From NCBI GenBank assembly GCA_964016885.1, contig OZ024754.1:3410001-3474000 (forward strand): a stretch of 64,000 nt of DNA, in the 5' to 3' direction. This DNA comes from Eledone cirrhosa (taxonomy: Eukaryota). The position numbers were made by a program, and so were the translations under genes. The notes beneath the pieces were generated by a model. That model saw only the letters and a list, made by a program, of their open reading frames with translations. It was not told where the DNA came from and did not search any database. Positions 48,439 to 64,000 of the stretch are shown one piece after another; the stretch's first letter is position 1, and each line of letters begins with the position of its first letter.

Positions 48439-49354
48439 TTTATACTAATATTTATGAGAGAGGGGTGAAGTGATGGGATGGTTATTAGCGACATAAAGAA
48501 AAAAAAAAACAGAAACAGAAACCAATAGATCATGGTAGATTAATTAACGAAATAAGACCAGGGATGATTTGATTGGTTCGTCAGAGAGGTTGATCATTAT
48601 TGACTTTCCCTCACAGTGCTTTAACCATGATGGAGAAACTCTGAAATAACTAAGGAAGTGAAGGGAAGAGGAAGGTTGCTGCCTTAAATAACAGATTTTT
48701 TTTTCTACCCTAACAAATTGAATAATATTTTAAAACAATTTATTTAAGTTTGATTAAATACTTCAGTTAATTTGTGGTGGGGAGTAGAAGAGGACTGGAT
48801 GGGTTAAAACTTAAACAAGACTAAAATAAAAAGAACCACATAAATTAATATTTAAAAAATACAATAATGAATTAAAACAGAAAAAAAAAATGCACATTAC
48901 CCCCCACTCTATCCCCACCACCACCACCACCACTGCTACCATTTTCGAATATTGATCTGCACTTTTGATGTTAAATTATGATCTTATGGTGGAAACTACT
49001 TCAAATTGACATCCGGATCTGATGTGAAGAACTGAGAAGATTGAGTCTATTTATTATGGAGGAATGGATGCAACCCACAACACATTCTTCAGGGAGAAGG
49101 GGATGGGGGCCTCTCATACATGGCCTCAGATTTCTAAACTGATTTTTTAAAATTATTTTTATTTTATTTTATTTATATATATATATTTTTTTTGGTAGAT
49201 TTTTTTTTTTAGATTTTTCTATCTGAGGGTTTAATGAGATGAAACAATAACAGGGAAAACATTCATTAATTACACTTAAAACTTTACCAACTGCCATATA
49301 TGGTAAATAAGTGGTACAACCATGTGCAAGGAATATGTGGAGGGTGGGGGTGAC

Positions 49355-50500
49355 ATATTAGAAATTATAACACAGAGAATACTTCATCTCTGTTTAAAGG
49401 GAGTTTATTAGAAACTATAGCAAGGAATATATTTTTCTTCTCTGATAATATCATTTCTGATGTAATATTAGAAATTATAGCAAAGAATATATATTTCATG
49501 TGTATAGAGGGAGTTTATAGGAAACTATAGCAAGGAACATCTTTTCCCTTTTTGACAGTTTATTAGAAATTATAACAAGGATTTTATTAGAAACTAGAGT
49601 AATTAAAACTCTGATAATATTAGAAATCTTTGAAGCATTATTAGAAATTATACCCAGGAGTATATTTTATCTCTGTGGAGAGGGAGTTTATTAGAAATTA
49701 TAGCCAGGAGTATATTTTATCTCTGTGGAGAGGGAGTTTATTAGAAATTATAGCCAGGAGTATATTTTATCTCTGTGGAGAGGGAGTTTATTAGAAATTA
49801 TAGCCAGGAGTATATTTTATCTCTGTGGAGAGGGAGTTTATTAGAAATTATAGCCAGGAATATACTTTTTTTCTCTGTTGGGGGAGTTTATGTTTCATGT
49901 GTAGAGGGTGTTTATTAGAAATAAAAGTCAGGAGTGTATATTTCATGTGTGTAGAGGGAGTTTATTAGAAATTATAACCAGGAGTGTATATTTCATGTGT
50001 GTAGAGGGTGTTTATTAGAAATAAAAGCCAGGAGTGTATATTTCATGGGTGTAGTGGGTGTTTATTAGAAATAAAAGCCAGGAGTGTATATTTTATCTCT
50101 GTGTAGAGGGAGTTTATTAGAAATTATAACCAGGAGTGTATATTTTATGTGTAGTGGGTGTTTATTAGAAATAAAAGCCAGGAGTGTATATTTTATCTCT
50201 GTGTAGAGGGAGTTTATTAGAAATTATAACCAGGAGTGTATATTTCATGTGTGTAGAGGGTGTTTATTAGAAATTATAACCAGGAGTGTATATTTCATGT
50301 GTGTAGATGGAGTGTATATTTCATATGTAGAGGGTGTTTATTAGAAATAGAAATTAAAACAGTGTTTATTTCAACTGTGTCAAGTGGCAAAAGGGAGTAT
50401 ATTGGGGGACTTATAGCAAGTAATATATCTCTCTGTAATTATTAGAAGCTATAGGCAGGACTTGATTTCCTGTGGAGTGGTTATTAGAATCTATAATTAA
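49355..50500. repeat. 48-50 bp minisatellite
   Basis: ttagaaattatagccaggagtatattttatctctgtggagagggagttta; near-perfect at 49641-49860, decaying outward. Confidence 0.9.
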
Positions 50501-50529
50501 TCTCCTTTCAGGAGGAAAAATAAAAAAAT

Positions 50530-51427
50530 ATTATACATATACATATATACACACACATACACACATATATATACATATATATACACACACATATATATAT
50601 ATATACATACATATACACATATATCTATATACATATATATATCTATCTATATATACATATATCTATATATACATATATATATACACATATACATATATAT
50701 CTATATATCTATATACATATATATATCTATCTATATATACATATATATATATATATCTATATCTATATATGCATATATATATATATATACATATATATAT
50801 CTATATATACATATATATCTATATCTATATATACATATATATATATACATATATATCTATATCTATATATACATATATATATATACATATATATATATAC
50901 ATATATATCTATATCTATATATACATATATATATATACATATATATATATACATATATATATATATCTATATATACATATATATATATATCTATATATAC
51001 ATATATATATATATCTATATATACATATATATATATATCTATATATACATATATATATATCTATATATACATATATATATATATCTATATATACATATAT
51101 ATACATATATATATATATCTATATATACATATATATATATCTATATATATATCTATATATACATATATATATATCTATATATACATATATATATATCTAT
51201 ATATATATCTATATATACATATATATATATCTATATATATATCTATATATACATATATATATCTATATATACATCTATATATACATATATATATCTATAT
51301 ATACATATATATATCTATATATACATCTATATATACATATATATATCTATATATACATATATATATCTATATATACATATATATATATCTATATATACAT
51401 GTATATATATATATACATATACATATA

Positions 51428-51504
<77 letters not shown>

Positions 51505-51505
51505 C

Positions 51506-51538
<33 letters not shown>

Positions 51539-51606
51539 CTATATATACACATATATATATATCTATCTATATATAGATATATATATATATACATATATAC
51601 ATATAC

Positions 51607-51640
<34 letters not shown>

Positions 51641-51797
51641 ATATATACATATATATACATATATATACATACATGTATATATACATATATATATATATAC
51701 ATATATACACATATATATACATACATGTATATATACATATATATATATATACATATCTATATATACATATCTATATATACATATCTATATATACATA

Positions 51798-51845
<48 letters not shown>

Positions 51846-51890
51846 TATACATATACATATATATACATATACATATATATATACATATAC

Positions 51891-51925
<35 letters not shown>

Positions 51926-51930
51926 CATAT
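50530..51930. repeat. (TA)n array with tatc/tac interruptions
   Basis: Direct reading. Confidence 0.95.
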
Positions 51931-52192
51931 TTCAACAAACATGAATTTTCATTCTTTCTAAAAAAAAACCCAAAATGAACAAGGACTTGGATAAGGACAA
52001 TATGATAGATGAGAGTGCTGTTGTTGTTACAGTTGTATGGTGCTGACATTGGCAGTGGGTAGCATATAGGGGGAGAGAGAGTGGGGCTGGGGTGAGCAGT
52101 GCAAAGTAATTAAGGTAGGGGAAGGAGGAGGGGTGTGGAAGTCTTGTGTGTGTGAGTGTGAGGGGGAGGAGAGGTTATTGATGATGATATTG

Positions 52193-52224
<32 letters not shown>

Positions 52225-52335
52225 CCAGCTGATTAATGATAACAACTCTGAAATCTAAGTCACAACAAAGAGAAAATGAAATCCATACACATACACACAA
52301 ATATACATACACACATATACATATATGTATGTGTG

Positions 52336-52373
<38 letters not shown>

Positions 52374-53115
52374 CACATACGCGCATACATTTCCACACAA
52401 ACTATAGAATAAAAGGGATATATTAGAAAATAGATGGTTGTGTGTATACATAGATACATATATGTATACATATATATATATACATGTGTATATATATGTG
52501 TGTGTATAAACCCCATTATTCTGAGGAAATACAATATGGGATCCTATATTGAACATTTGATAAGCACCAATACCACCACACTCTAAATATAAGAGTTACA
52601 TCAACAAAACTGATAACTCTAAACAACTTATTGGCCATTTAAAATGTCTTTTGATATTTATAAAAACCAAATTCTTAGAGATAATTCTAAATTAGTGATA
52701 CCCCCCACCTAGCAACTACTTACCACGTTACCCATTAAAAAATCCCACCAAAATTACACAAATACAAATGTAAAATATATTTAAAGAAATTTAAAACTAA
52801 TCCGAAAATATACCGGGTGGGAGGTGGGGGTGGGGGTGTAGGTAAATGAAAAAAAAATACCCAAAACAGAACCCCACCCCCTGAATGAATGATATGAGAA
52901 AAGATATTTTAGTGAAGGGGTGGAGGTGAAGGATGTTGTGTGTTGTTGTTGGTGTCGGACATATTGAAATTTTGAGAAAAAGAAAGAGAAATTTATAAAA
53001 TAGAGATAAATTTCTTCCACCATTGAATATATATATACACACACACACACATACATATATGTATGTATACATATATATATATGTGTGTATACATATAAAT
53101 ATATGTGTGTATATA

Positions 53116-53167
<52 letters not shown>

Positions 53168-53475
53168 TGTATATATATGTGTATATGTATATATATATGT
53201 GTGTATATGTATATATGTATATATATATATGTGTATATATATATATATTACACAGTAATGTAAGCACTATTGAAGACTCATTAAGCAAAGGAAAGATAAC
53301 TAAGACTGCCCCCCCCCTCTTGGCACAGTTTATATTGTTGTTTTGTTATAAAGTCTTCAAGACAGACACACACACACATACTAACAGACACACACACACA
53401 GATATATAGACACATATCCCATCTTTGATGCAGTTTAGTGTCAAGTGCTTGCACTAGTCACTGCATTGATGCACC

Positions 53476-53509
<34 letters not shown>

Positions 53510-53511
<2 letters not shown>

Positions 53512-53721
53512 TTCTGATCTAGGCACAAGGCCAGCAAATTTGGGGCGAGGGGAAAAGTTGATTAAATCGACCCCAGTACGTGACTGGTACTTTATTTTAT
53601 CGACCCCCGTAAGGATGAAAGACAAAGCTAACCTCAGTGGGATTTCAACTTAGAAAGTACAGGAATGAAATTATATGCTGCAAAGCAAGGTGACCGATGC
53701 TCTACCGATTTTGCCAATGCC
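53510..53721 (-). mobile_element. SINE, long subtype
   Basis: Same family. Confidence 0.85.
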
Positions 53722-54074
53722 TTTACTGCCACCAACCCCACCATCTATTCTATGATGGATTCTTCTCCTCCTCCTCTTCTTAAGATGTCACATTCAATTC
53801 GTTTGTTTTGTTGCTTTTTTCTTCTTCCTCTTCTTTTGTTATATGTGTCTAGCTGCCTTAGAAAACACCCCAGCCACCCTGACCACCACCCCATCATGTT
53901 GCCCTTTCATTCCCCACCCTTTCCACATCATCACAACAGCAATGACAATCACCATTGACACCACTACCATTACCACCACATTAGATATTCATAGCACCTG
54001 CATAGGCAATTATAATACACACACACTCACACACATATATATATATATGCAATATATGTGTAGGCATGCATGCA

Positions 54075-54128
<54 letters not shown>

Positions 54129-54221
54129 TATATATGTATATATATAGCCAAATTATTATTTACCAAAACAAAAGGAAGAGTGAATCTGAATCGATATAGT
54201 GTCAGTTCTTAGATATCTCTA

Positions 54222-54286
<65 letters not shown>

Positions 54287-54387
54287 GATATTTCACCATC
54301 ATCCCTTTACCTTAATTAACTGACACAGAGGATGTAACAACTCTATGAAATGAAATATGAATAAGATTTTACAAGTAAAATAACGAG

Positions 54388-55286
54388 TTAGACCATTATT
54401 TAAATATCTAGTAAGACCATTATTTAAATATCTAGTAAGACCATTATTTAAATATCTAGTAAGACCATTATTTAAATATCTAGTAAGACCATTATTTAAA
54501 TATCTAGTAAGACCATTATTTAAATATCTAGTAAGACCCTTATTTAAATATCTAGTAAGACCCTTATTTAAATATCTAGTAAGACCATTATTTAAATATC
54601 TAGTAAGACCATTATTTAAATATCTAGTAAGACCCTTATTTAAATATCTAGTAAGACCCTTATTTAAATATCTAGTAAGACCCTTATTTAAATATCTAGT
54701 AAGACCCTTATTTAAATATCTAGTAAGACCCTTATTTAAATAACTAGTTAGACCATTATTTAAATAACTAGTTAGACCATTATTTAAATAACTAGTTAGA
54801 CCATTATTTAAATATCTAGTAAGACCCTTATTTAAATATCTAGTAAGACCCTTATTTAAATATCTAGTAAGACCCTTATTTAAATATCTAGTAAGACCAT
54901 TATTTAAATATCTAGTTAGACCATTATTTAAATAACTAGTAAGACCCTTATTTAAATAACTAGTTAGACCATTATTTAAATAACTAGTTAGACCATTATT
55001 TAAATAACTAGTTAGACCCTTATTTAAATATCTAGTAAGACCATTATTTAAATAACTAGTAAGACCATTATTTAAATATCTAGTAAGACCATTATTTAAA
55101 TAACTACTAAGACCCTTATCTAAATAACTAGTTAGACCATTATTTAAATAACTAGTTAGACCCTTATTTAAATATCTAGTAAGACCATTATTTAAATAAC
55201 TAGTAAGACCATTATTTAAATATCTAGTAAGACCATTATTTAAATAACTAGTTAGACCATTATTTAAATATCTAGTAAGACCATTA
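54388..55286. repeat. 24-bp minisatellite, about 37 copies
   Basis: gacc(a/c)ttatttaaata(tc/ac)tagt(a/t)a. Confidence 0.95.
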
Positions 55287-55835
55287 AGTTCGTACATAAA
55301 TCCTTAATGAAAGTAAAGTATAGAAGTTAGTTATCGAACATAAACCCCTTGATTAGGCTGAAATGTTGGATTTCTGTGCTAAATAATTTGAAATGAAAAT
55401 AAAAAAAAAATGGCATAAAATTTATTAGGGAGAAATATGGCAAGTTACAGTCATTTAAGGATCATTTATGTCTGTTAGCCCTTCTATAAAACCCAGCACC
55501 CTACGTATCGTGACCTGTAATGGGCTTTTCACCCCCTCTCTGTTTCCCTTGCACTTTCACCTAAGGTCTTTTAATGATGGGTGATGTCAGAATATAGAAA
55601 CTCACAACCCTTTGCGTCAGGGTCCAGCCAATTAAGTGACCAGAAGTGCTTGAACCCCAGCCTTGTGACTCCTTGGTAAGAGGTAGGAATATATATACAT
55701 ATATATATTTATAAATGATGCACACTCATGCATACCCACATGCAACACTCAAACACCCACACACACACATGCATGCACACCAATGTTGAAAAGATCCATG
55801 AAATTCCACACACACATTATATATATATAATATTT

Positions 55836-55916
<81 letters not shown>

Positions 55917-56117
55917 ATGTTCTGATGCAAATAATGAGAGAATTGAATGGGTGGTAGTGGAGTAAATAGGGGAACAGAGAAGAGGGCCCTAGAACTTAGC
56001 AGCCCCAAATTCCCGCTCAAACTAGATAAGGGTTTTGTTTTTGATGTTACTCAATTTTAAAAAAAACAAAAAAAAACCTTTTTTCTTCAACAAAATTTAC
56101 AAGTTAGCATAACAGTA

Positions 56118-56152
<35 letters not shown>

Positions 56153-56163
56153 ATATATATATA

Positions 56164-56255
<92 letters not shown>

Positions 56256-56453
56256 TTTATATATATATATATATTTTATATATATATATATATTTTATAT
56301 ATATATATATATTTTATATATATATATTAGATGACAAGAAACAGGCAGAAGAGCCATATTTAGGGAGGAACAAAAAGACGAAGGATTAAAATTGCACTTT
56401 TATACAAAATAAAAACACTTAAGTATGTATGAAGCAACTCACACCCCACCACA

Positions 56454-56560
<107 letters not shown>

Positions 56561-56807
56561 TGTGTGTGTGTGTGTGCAGTAGTGTACTTTAAAATAGAAA
56601 TTAATAAATGCACATCAATTTTTTGTATGTTTTGAGCATTTTGTACATAAATTTTAAATATTTTCGTTTATATTTAATGATTGAAGTCACTCAGAGCCTC
56701 ATCCATTCATACAGGTGTGTATACATACTACATACATACATATAAATATATATGTATATATATAAACACACAACTACATACACAGACAATTTATAACAAA
56801 AACAACA

Positions 56808-56850
<43 letters not shown>

Positions 56851-57080
56851 CTTATTCTCATTCAAACATCATCAGCAATAAGTTTTTTCCCAATAAATAC
56901 CAGAGGAAGCACCAAAATAATATGTTGTCTTCTACATTTATATATTTCACGACCATAAAGAATTCAAAGAGTTAATATTAGAAATATTTAAATTATATTA
57001 TCATTATTACCATTATCATCATCATCATAATAATAATAATCATTATTATTAACATCATTAATATTAATTAACACCATTAA

Positions 57081-57287
57081 CCCTTTAGCATTCACATTAC
57101 TCTATATATACTATTGTATTTTCAGGTTAAATGCTTTATCTCACATAATATCGAATCTATGAGATTTTGAAAGTATTTATTTTGAGAACAATACCTTAAC
57201 ATCAGTTTGAGTGACCAGTTACAGCCAGTTTCAACAGAAAAAGGTAGAGAATTCTGGCCGGTTTTGGCCAGTTTGAACATTAAAGGG
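57081..57287. mobile_element. TTAA-flanked MITE (piggyBac-type ends)
   Basis: TTAA|ccctttagcattca ... tgaacattaaaggg|TTAA terminal inverted repeats. Confidence 0.8.
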
Positions 57288-57702
57288 TTAAGTAGTAATT
57301 TCTTATTACTTTCAATCTATAACTGGGTTTCAATTATTAATTTTTTTTCTTTCTTTCTCTCATAGGCAACATGAAATGTGTCAAAGAATTTAAGAATTTC
57401 GGACACATAATCTTAGAGTCACCAATGGCAGTGTACAGCATTGATATAATATCTATGTATGTATGTGCATGTATATACACACACACATATATATATATAT
57501 ATAAATAAACATATATATATATATATGTATGTATATGTGTTGTGTGTTTCTTTTTTTTTTTCTGATATTTTCCATTCAATTTAAAAAAAATCAAAATTCA
57601 AAGAAAAAAAAAATTTTTTTAATTATTATACAGTAAAAATCTGACGTGTGTGTATGTATATATATATATATACAATATAGAAGTCTGACTTGTGTATACT
57701 GA

Positions 57703-57757
<55 letters not shown>

Positions 57758-58372
57758 CAGTCTAAGTCTCGCTTATATATCAAGGAAAACATTTATATTT
57801 TTTATATATATTTTTGTTAAATTATATATATATATATATATTTATATATATACACATATATATATAAATTTATCATTTTTCTTTCGTTTTTTTTTTTAAT
57901 TTTCAAAACATAATTTCATAAAGATTCACTGTCTGGTAGGTTACGAGAAGAGAGATATTGGGTAGGAAAAGGAGAAAGTGGTATATATAGAGAAATGTGA
58001 GAGTGGGAGAGGAGAAGAGGGAGGCAAGAAGACATTATTATTATTATTATTATTATAAGGAAGCTCAAGTGTTTTGAACAGGTATCAGAAATGGAGGTGT
58101 ATAGGAAGATGGGAGAACACAAACAACAACAACAACAACAACAACAACTAACAAAATATAAAAGAAATAAACTTTGTTTTCATCTATATTTCACAACACA
58201 TATGCACAATCAAATGTATATATATATATACATATAGATATACACACACACACACACACATGTTTACATAACTGTGTAATAAGCCTCCTGAGTCCTTTAT
58301 ATAAAAATAACATAATTATTTTTTTAATTAAGAAGTTTATAATATTTATTTTATATATATATTTATTATATT

Positions 58373-58412
<40 letters not shown>

Positions 58413-58657
58413 TATATTTATTATATATATATATATTTATTATATTTATTATATATATATATATATTAGACTAAAATGTTGTCCACACTAAACCAACAGA
58501 TCCAGCTGGTATTGAAACTTTGATGTCTTAACCACAACAGACATTCTGTAGTAAATAATATTAAGGCTTTCTAATATATATAAAAAAAAATATAATAATA
58601 GTAATAAATATTAGCTAAGAATATTAACATAAACTATATTATACAGTAGTTAATAAT

Positions 58658-58881
58658 GGTTTCTTATATAGGCACAAGGCCAGCAATTTTTTTTTGGGGG
58701 GGGGGGGGGAAAGTCGATTAAATCGACACCAGTGCGTGACTGGTACTTTATTTATCGACCTCCGTAAGGATGAAAGGCAAAGTTAACCTGGGCGGGATTT
58801 GAACTCAGACCGTAAAGGGCCGTAACTCTATGCTGCAAAGCATGGCATCCGACTCTCTACCGATACTGCCAATCCACCACC
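58658..58881 (-). mobile_element. SINE, long subtype, full length
   Basis: Same family. Confidence 0.9.
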
Positions 58882-58882
58882 T

Positions 58883-58914
<32 letters not shown>

Positions 58915-59260
58915 ATATGTAAATAGCAACCTCAGATCAGGATATGATTGGCATCTTGGCAATAATTTTATATATTATTGTTTATGACACACACACACAT
59001 ATATATACATATATATATATATATATCTCTATATATATACATACATACATATACACACATAAAATCATGGAATTCCAACTTATTTTTGGGGAGCTTTAGA
59101 CTATTATTAATTCATAACAATAATTATTAGTTCAAGATTAGGCTTATTTTCTTGCCAAGGTTTTTTTAGCATTTAAAAATAATTATTATTACTATTACAA
59201 CTTTTAGAAATCTTCGTTATTGGTGTCATTATCAATCTCATGTAACCATTCTTTCACTGT

Positions 59261-59374
59261 GTATCTTATAGTGTGAGATGTTATTACATCAACAAGCTGT
59301 ATCTTATAGTGTGAGATGTTATTACATCAACAAGCTGTATCTTATAGTGTGAGATGTTATTACATCAACAAGCT
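59261..59374. repeat. 38-bp perfect tandem repeat x3
   Basis: gtatcttatagtgtgagatgttattacatcaacaagct. Confidence 0.9.
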
Positions 59375-60104
59375 AACATCTGATAGTGTATCACTGTCCT
59401 TGTTTGTTTTCATCTCTTTTGTATACACTAGTAGTAAAATAGACAGACGATAAAACAAGCAGACAAATGAGGTGAAAGGAGTTTTTGTTGGAATGAAGGC
59501 TGGAAAAAAGGAAGGAGAGCAAGGAAACGAAGGAAAAAAGGATTCTATAAAGTGATTTGGAATACAAACAGAGAGAGAATGAGATACTTAATAAAAAATA
59601 ACATTTCCATCTTCAGGATGCAAGCTATATATCTATATATATATATACACTGCTATCTGCAGACCATTTTTCTTATTCCACAATGCTTCAAGCAAACTTA
59701 AACACCCTCATATATATATATATATATAAGAAGAGAGAAGTTGTGTGGTTCATGCCTTTCTCAAGGGCATAAGAAGCTTTTTAATTAAAGTGAAGTGAAG
59801 TCAGGTGCAGATTAGAATCTAGCTTATGGATTGATCCAGTTTAATCCAGTTCTTGGGCCTAGTCTTCTATCTAACACCACATGTGATACCCACAAGAGAA
59901 GAAAATATGTGAGATAAAACAGTATAAAAAATAAGGGGGTTAGGGTTGGGAGAGAAACACACACACACACACATATACATACACACAAATATACACACAC
60001 ACATACATACATACACACACGCAAGTTCCTTTGAAGTAAACTTTTATTTTGATTTAATGACAAAATAGACAAACTAGTTCGCTGGACATGAAGAAATTAA
60101 TAAT

Positions 60105-60117
<13 letters not shown>

Positions 60118-60195
<78 letters not shown>
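60118..60195. repeat. (GA)n microsatellite
   Basis: Direct reading. Confidence 0.95.
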
Positions 60196-60197
<2 letters not shown>

Positions 60198-60256
60198 GGT
60201 GGTGGTGTGGGAGGAAGACAGGAATATATTTAGTGATTATAAAACATTGATGTAAA

Positions 60257-60289
<33 letters not shown>

Positions 60290-62664
60290 GTAATAATAAT
60301 AATACATTAAACGGGAACAACAGCATGAAAATAAGTAAAATTATGTCCCTTAACAGTACATGGTCTCTCACTAAGGTTTTACTTCAATGTTTTCTGGATT
60401 TTTCTGTTGTTGTTGTTATCAATTCACATTTGTAGAGAAGAGGGGGGTAGGTAGATGGGTGAGTGGGTGTGGGTAGTATTGTGTTTCCTTGTTGTTGTTT
60501 TCTTCTTAACTCTCAGAGTCATGGCATCCTGATATATATATATATATATACATATATATACATATATATATATAAGGGGGGGGGGGCAGAAAACGGGGTA
60601 GAGTGAAAATAACAATAATTAATAAAAATAAAAAATAGAATAAAATAAAATAAAATGTGTGGGGCTGGTGTGGCGCTGGGTGGGGGGGTGGGGATGGTTG
60701 GAGAATACAATACAATGATCCCAGTATATTTTAATTAATCTATCCCAGATTTTCTCTCTCTTTTCTTTTGTTTTTGTTTTAGAGGGACTTTGAGGGTGGA
60801 TGGGCATGGGTAGAAGTTTGAATGCTGACTTAACTGGTATACAGTCAGAGGCAAACACGCATTAGAAAAATATCAAAATAAATAAAAAAAAAAATTTTTC
60901 AACAAAAATTTGTTTTTCTTTTCTTTCCTTTCATTATTATTATTATTATATTCATTTTTTTCCTTTTTTCTCTTTTTGTTTCTTACCATTTATTATTATT
61001 ATTCTTTTTGTTTGTATTTTTAAAGTTTGATAACCCTGTAAAGTGCAATGCGTTTAAACAACTCCAAAGTAGATATAAGCCAGCCAGTAATCTGTTGACC
61101 ATCACAGATGTAAAAAAAAAAAATACTGGATCGCAAGCCTACTCAAGAAAGTTGCCAGGAAAATTTCCAAGAAACAGCCCCAACGATAAAGGGGGGGAGT
61201 GTAATCAGAACAATGAACAGCCTATGATGAATATTTTAAAAGAAGGAGCTTTTTTAGGGGTCACACCAACATACATACACGTATATATATATATATCCAT
61301 ATACACACATACACACCTAGACACGCGCTTTAAACACAAACACACATAAATGCATATATATATATATAATATATGTTATATAAATGTAATATATATAACA
61401 TATATGTAATATATATAACATATATGTAATATATATAACATATATATGTAATATATATAACATATATATGTAATATATATGTTATATATATATAATATAT
61501 ATATATATAATATATATATGCATACATAAAACCACACATACATAGAACACTGCTTACCTAGCAAAGTGTGCATGTATGTGTATGTATATGTATGAGCATG
61601 CATGTGTGTGTTGGAGCATGTCCGAGTGTGCGAGTAGAGTCCTATGGATATATAGTGAGTGTATATATGTCTAAAGGAGACACACAAACATACATACAAA
61701 TATATTCATATACATACATACACAGCTAACCATGCATGTTAAGTATACACAAACACACTGACTGACTGACACACACACACACACACAATGACATATACAC
61801 ACACAAAATGCATATACATCCATATATACATACATAAAACACTGCTTACTTAGCAAAGTGTGCTTGTATGTGTATGTAGGTGCATGAGTGTGTGAGTGTG
61901 TGTGTTTGAGCATGTTTGAGTGTGAGAGTGTAGATTTATGAATATACAGTGAGTGTATATATGTGTATATATATGTGTGTAGATAAATGCTTACAGGTAT
62001 TAACAAATAACGAATTCAGCAGCAGAATTTGAGTTTTTTTTCTTAAGTGACAAAAAAAAAAAAAAAAAATTTAACAAAATAAAAATTTTAAATTGATAAT
62101 TTTGCAACAGAGTGTGTATATAGTATTATATATATATATAAATATATATAATTGTGAAGCTATAGAATTTTGTGACGTGTTAGGGTGTATATATTAGCAA
62201 GGCCATTAAAAACCATGTTTTTATTTTTAATATTATCCCAATAACTACAATAATGGCATTTTAAACTAGATACCCTATGATGTGTATATTTATATATATA
62301 TATGTATATGTATGTGTGTGTGTGTGTATATATATATATGTGTATATGCATTTATATATATATATATATATATATAGAGACACACATACAATATAAATAA
62401 ATACATACACACACATATATGTATGATATTTATATATTCATACAAAAACACACACATATATATTTATATATATATATATATATATACACACACGTATACA
62501 TATGAACACACACATAGACACATACGAACAGATGTATGTGAAAGCTACCAAAAGAAGTATTTTATGTTTAAACTATTTCTTAAGCCTGTTTACCATTATC
62601 ACTAATAGTATTCTTACTATTGTTATTAGTATTATCTCATATAGCCAGTTTTGTTTTGAAAGAG

Positions 62665-63032
62665 TTTATCTCGGAATAGCTAGACGTATCTCAGAGTATC
62701 TAAGAGTATCTCGGAATATCTAGGAATAGCTTGACGTATCAGAGAGTATCTAAGAGTATCTCGGAATATCTAGGAATAGCTTGACGTATCAGAGAGTATC
62801 TAAGAGTATCTCGGAATATCTAGGAATAGCTAGACGTATCTCAGAGTATCTAGGAATAGCTAGGAATATCTCAGAGTATCTCGGAATATCTAGGAATAAC
62901 TATGAATATCTAGGAATAGCGAGACGTATCTAGGGGTATCTCGGAGTATCTAAGAGTATCTAGAAGTACCTCGGAATAACTAGGAATATCTCGCAGTACC
63001 TCGGAATAGCTAAGAGTATCTAGGAGTACCTA
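62665..63032. repeat. 10-bp-monomer minisatellite with 50-bp higher-order unit
   Basis: tcggaatatc taggaatagc ttgacgtatc agagagtatc taagagtatc. Confidence 0.9.
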
Positions 63033-63411
63033 AGAGAATTAGGAAGTTGTATGAGGAGTAGAAAGAGTATGTATGAAAAAATATCAAAATAAGCTGCACA
63101 CACATACATATGTATGTATATATGTCTATATAGATTCATACACGCACACACATATACATACATGGATATGTGTGAATATGTGTGCGTCTTCATAATCACT
63201 ATGAACATAAAATATTTACACACAAGCATTCTATGTGTGTGTGCATGTATGTATATGTGTATCTATGTGTGTGTGTATGTATATATATAATATATATATG
63301 TATATATATGTAATATATATATATATATATTATATATACACACATATATATTACATATATGTGCAAATAAGGAGAGAGAGAGAGAAGGAGAGAGAGAATA
63401 CATGTATGTAT

Positions 63412-63448
<37 letters not shown>

Positions 63449-64000
63449 TTTGCTGGGGGATATGGGCTGGGGGGTAACTTCTTTCAAAACTGAAAATAAA
63501 AATAAAAATGTTTTATATTCTTGAAAACTTTTTAAATTACAAACTATGATATTTATGTTGCTTTTTTGCTGTATTTTGTTTTTTTTTCATTTCAAAGAAA
63601 AGATGTGTGTATGTATGTGTGTGTGTGTGTGTGTGTATGTATATATGTATGTGTGTGTTTCTTACTTAAAAAGTTTTCCCAATTCCTTCCCTTTTATTTT
63701 TCTCAGCTCAAACTAGTCACAGAGATAATATATATAAAAAGTAGAAAATTAATAACAATGTTGAATTTGATTAGCATTTTCGTATTGTTTTGTAATTTTT
63801 TCGCTCCTTGTTTGTAGTTTTTTTCATATTAGACTTTATAATTTTGTTCATAATTTTTCTTTTTGTAATAAATGTTTGTTTTTTTTTAACATCTTCAATT
63901 AGTCATAAAAAAAAAAATGAAAACAAAAAAAAAAATGAAAGAAAAAAAAAAGACTATAATGTTGATGTCGTAGTGCTGTTAGTATCAGTGTCAGTCTCTT

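Noticed and set aside
49641-50350. Regular repeats as a possible CRISPR array (also 54388-55286)
   Set aside because: Head-to-tail units with no unique spacers, in a eukaryotic context with no cas genes.
61008-61349. 113-aa ORF in unique sequence
   Set aside because: Non-ATG start, no recognisable homology and no clear exon boundaries.

Overview
Extremely AT-rich, microsatellite-dominated eukaryotic DNA. It is probably an octopod cephalopod, judged from the tRNA-derived SINE family and its AAAAGAGT-tailed 3' fragments. I can support no intact protein-coding gene, and nearly all long ORFs in the track are translations of (TA)n/(CA)n/(ACC)n repeats. Ordinary content: about 13 copies of one SINE, a non-autonomous Helitron, two copies of a TTAA-flanked MITE, LINE relics and several minisatellites. 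The main signal lies in the short unique islands between (TA)n tracts at about 4.8-38.4 kb. They hold a dense cluster of type I hammerhead-ribozyme (HHR) motifs from at least six unrelated sequence families. Many sit in fold-back (palindromic) elements whose inversion junction is at or inside the ribozyme, with one short arm and one longer 'tailed' arm. This resembles Penelope-like element (PLE) pseudo-LTR or retrozyme biology. Unusual variants include a 116-nt stem II, CAGAAGA and CCGAUGA cores, and a perfect 414-bp palindrome with a ribozyme on each strand. All folds were read by eye and activity is untested.
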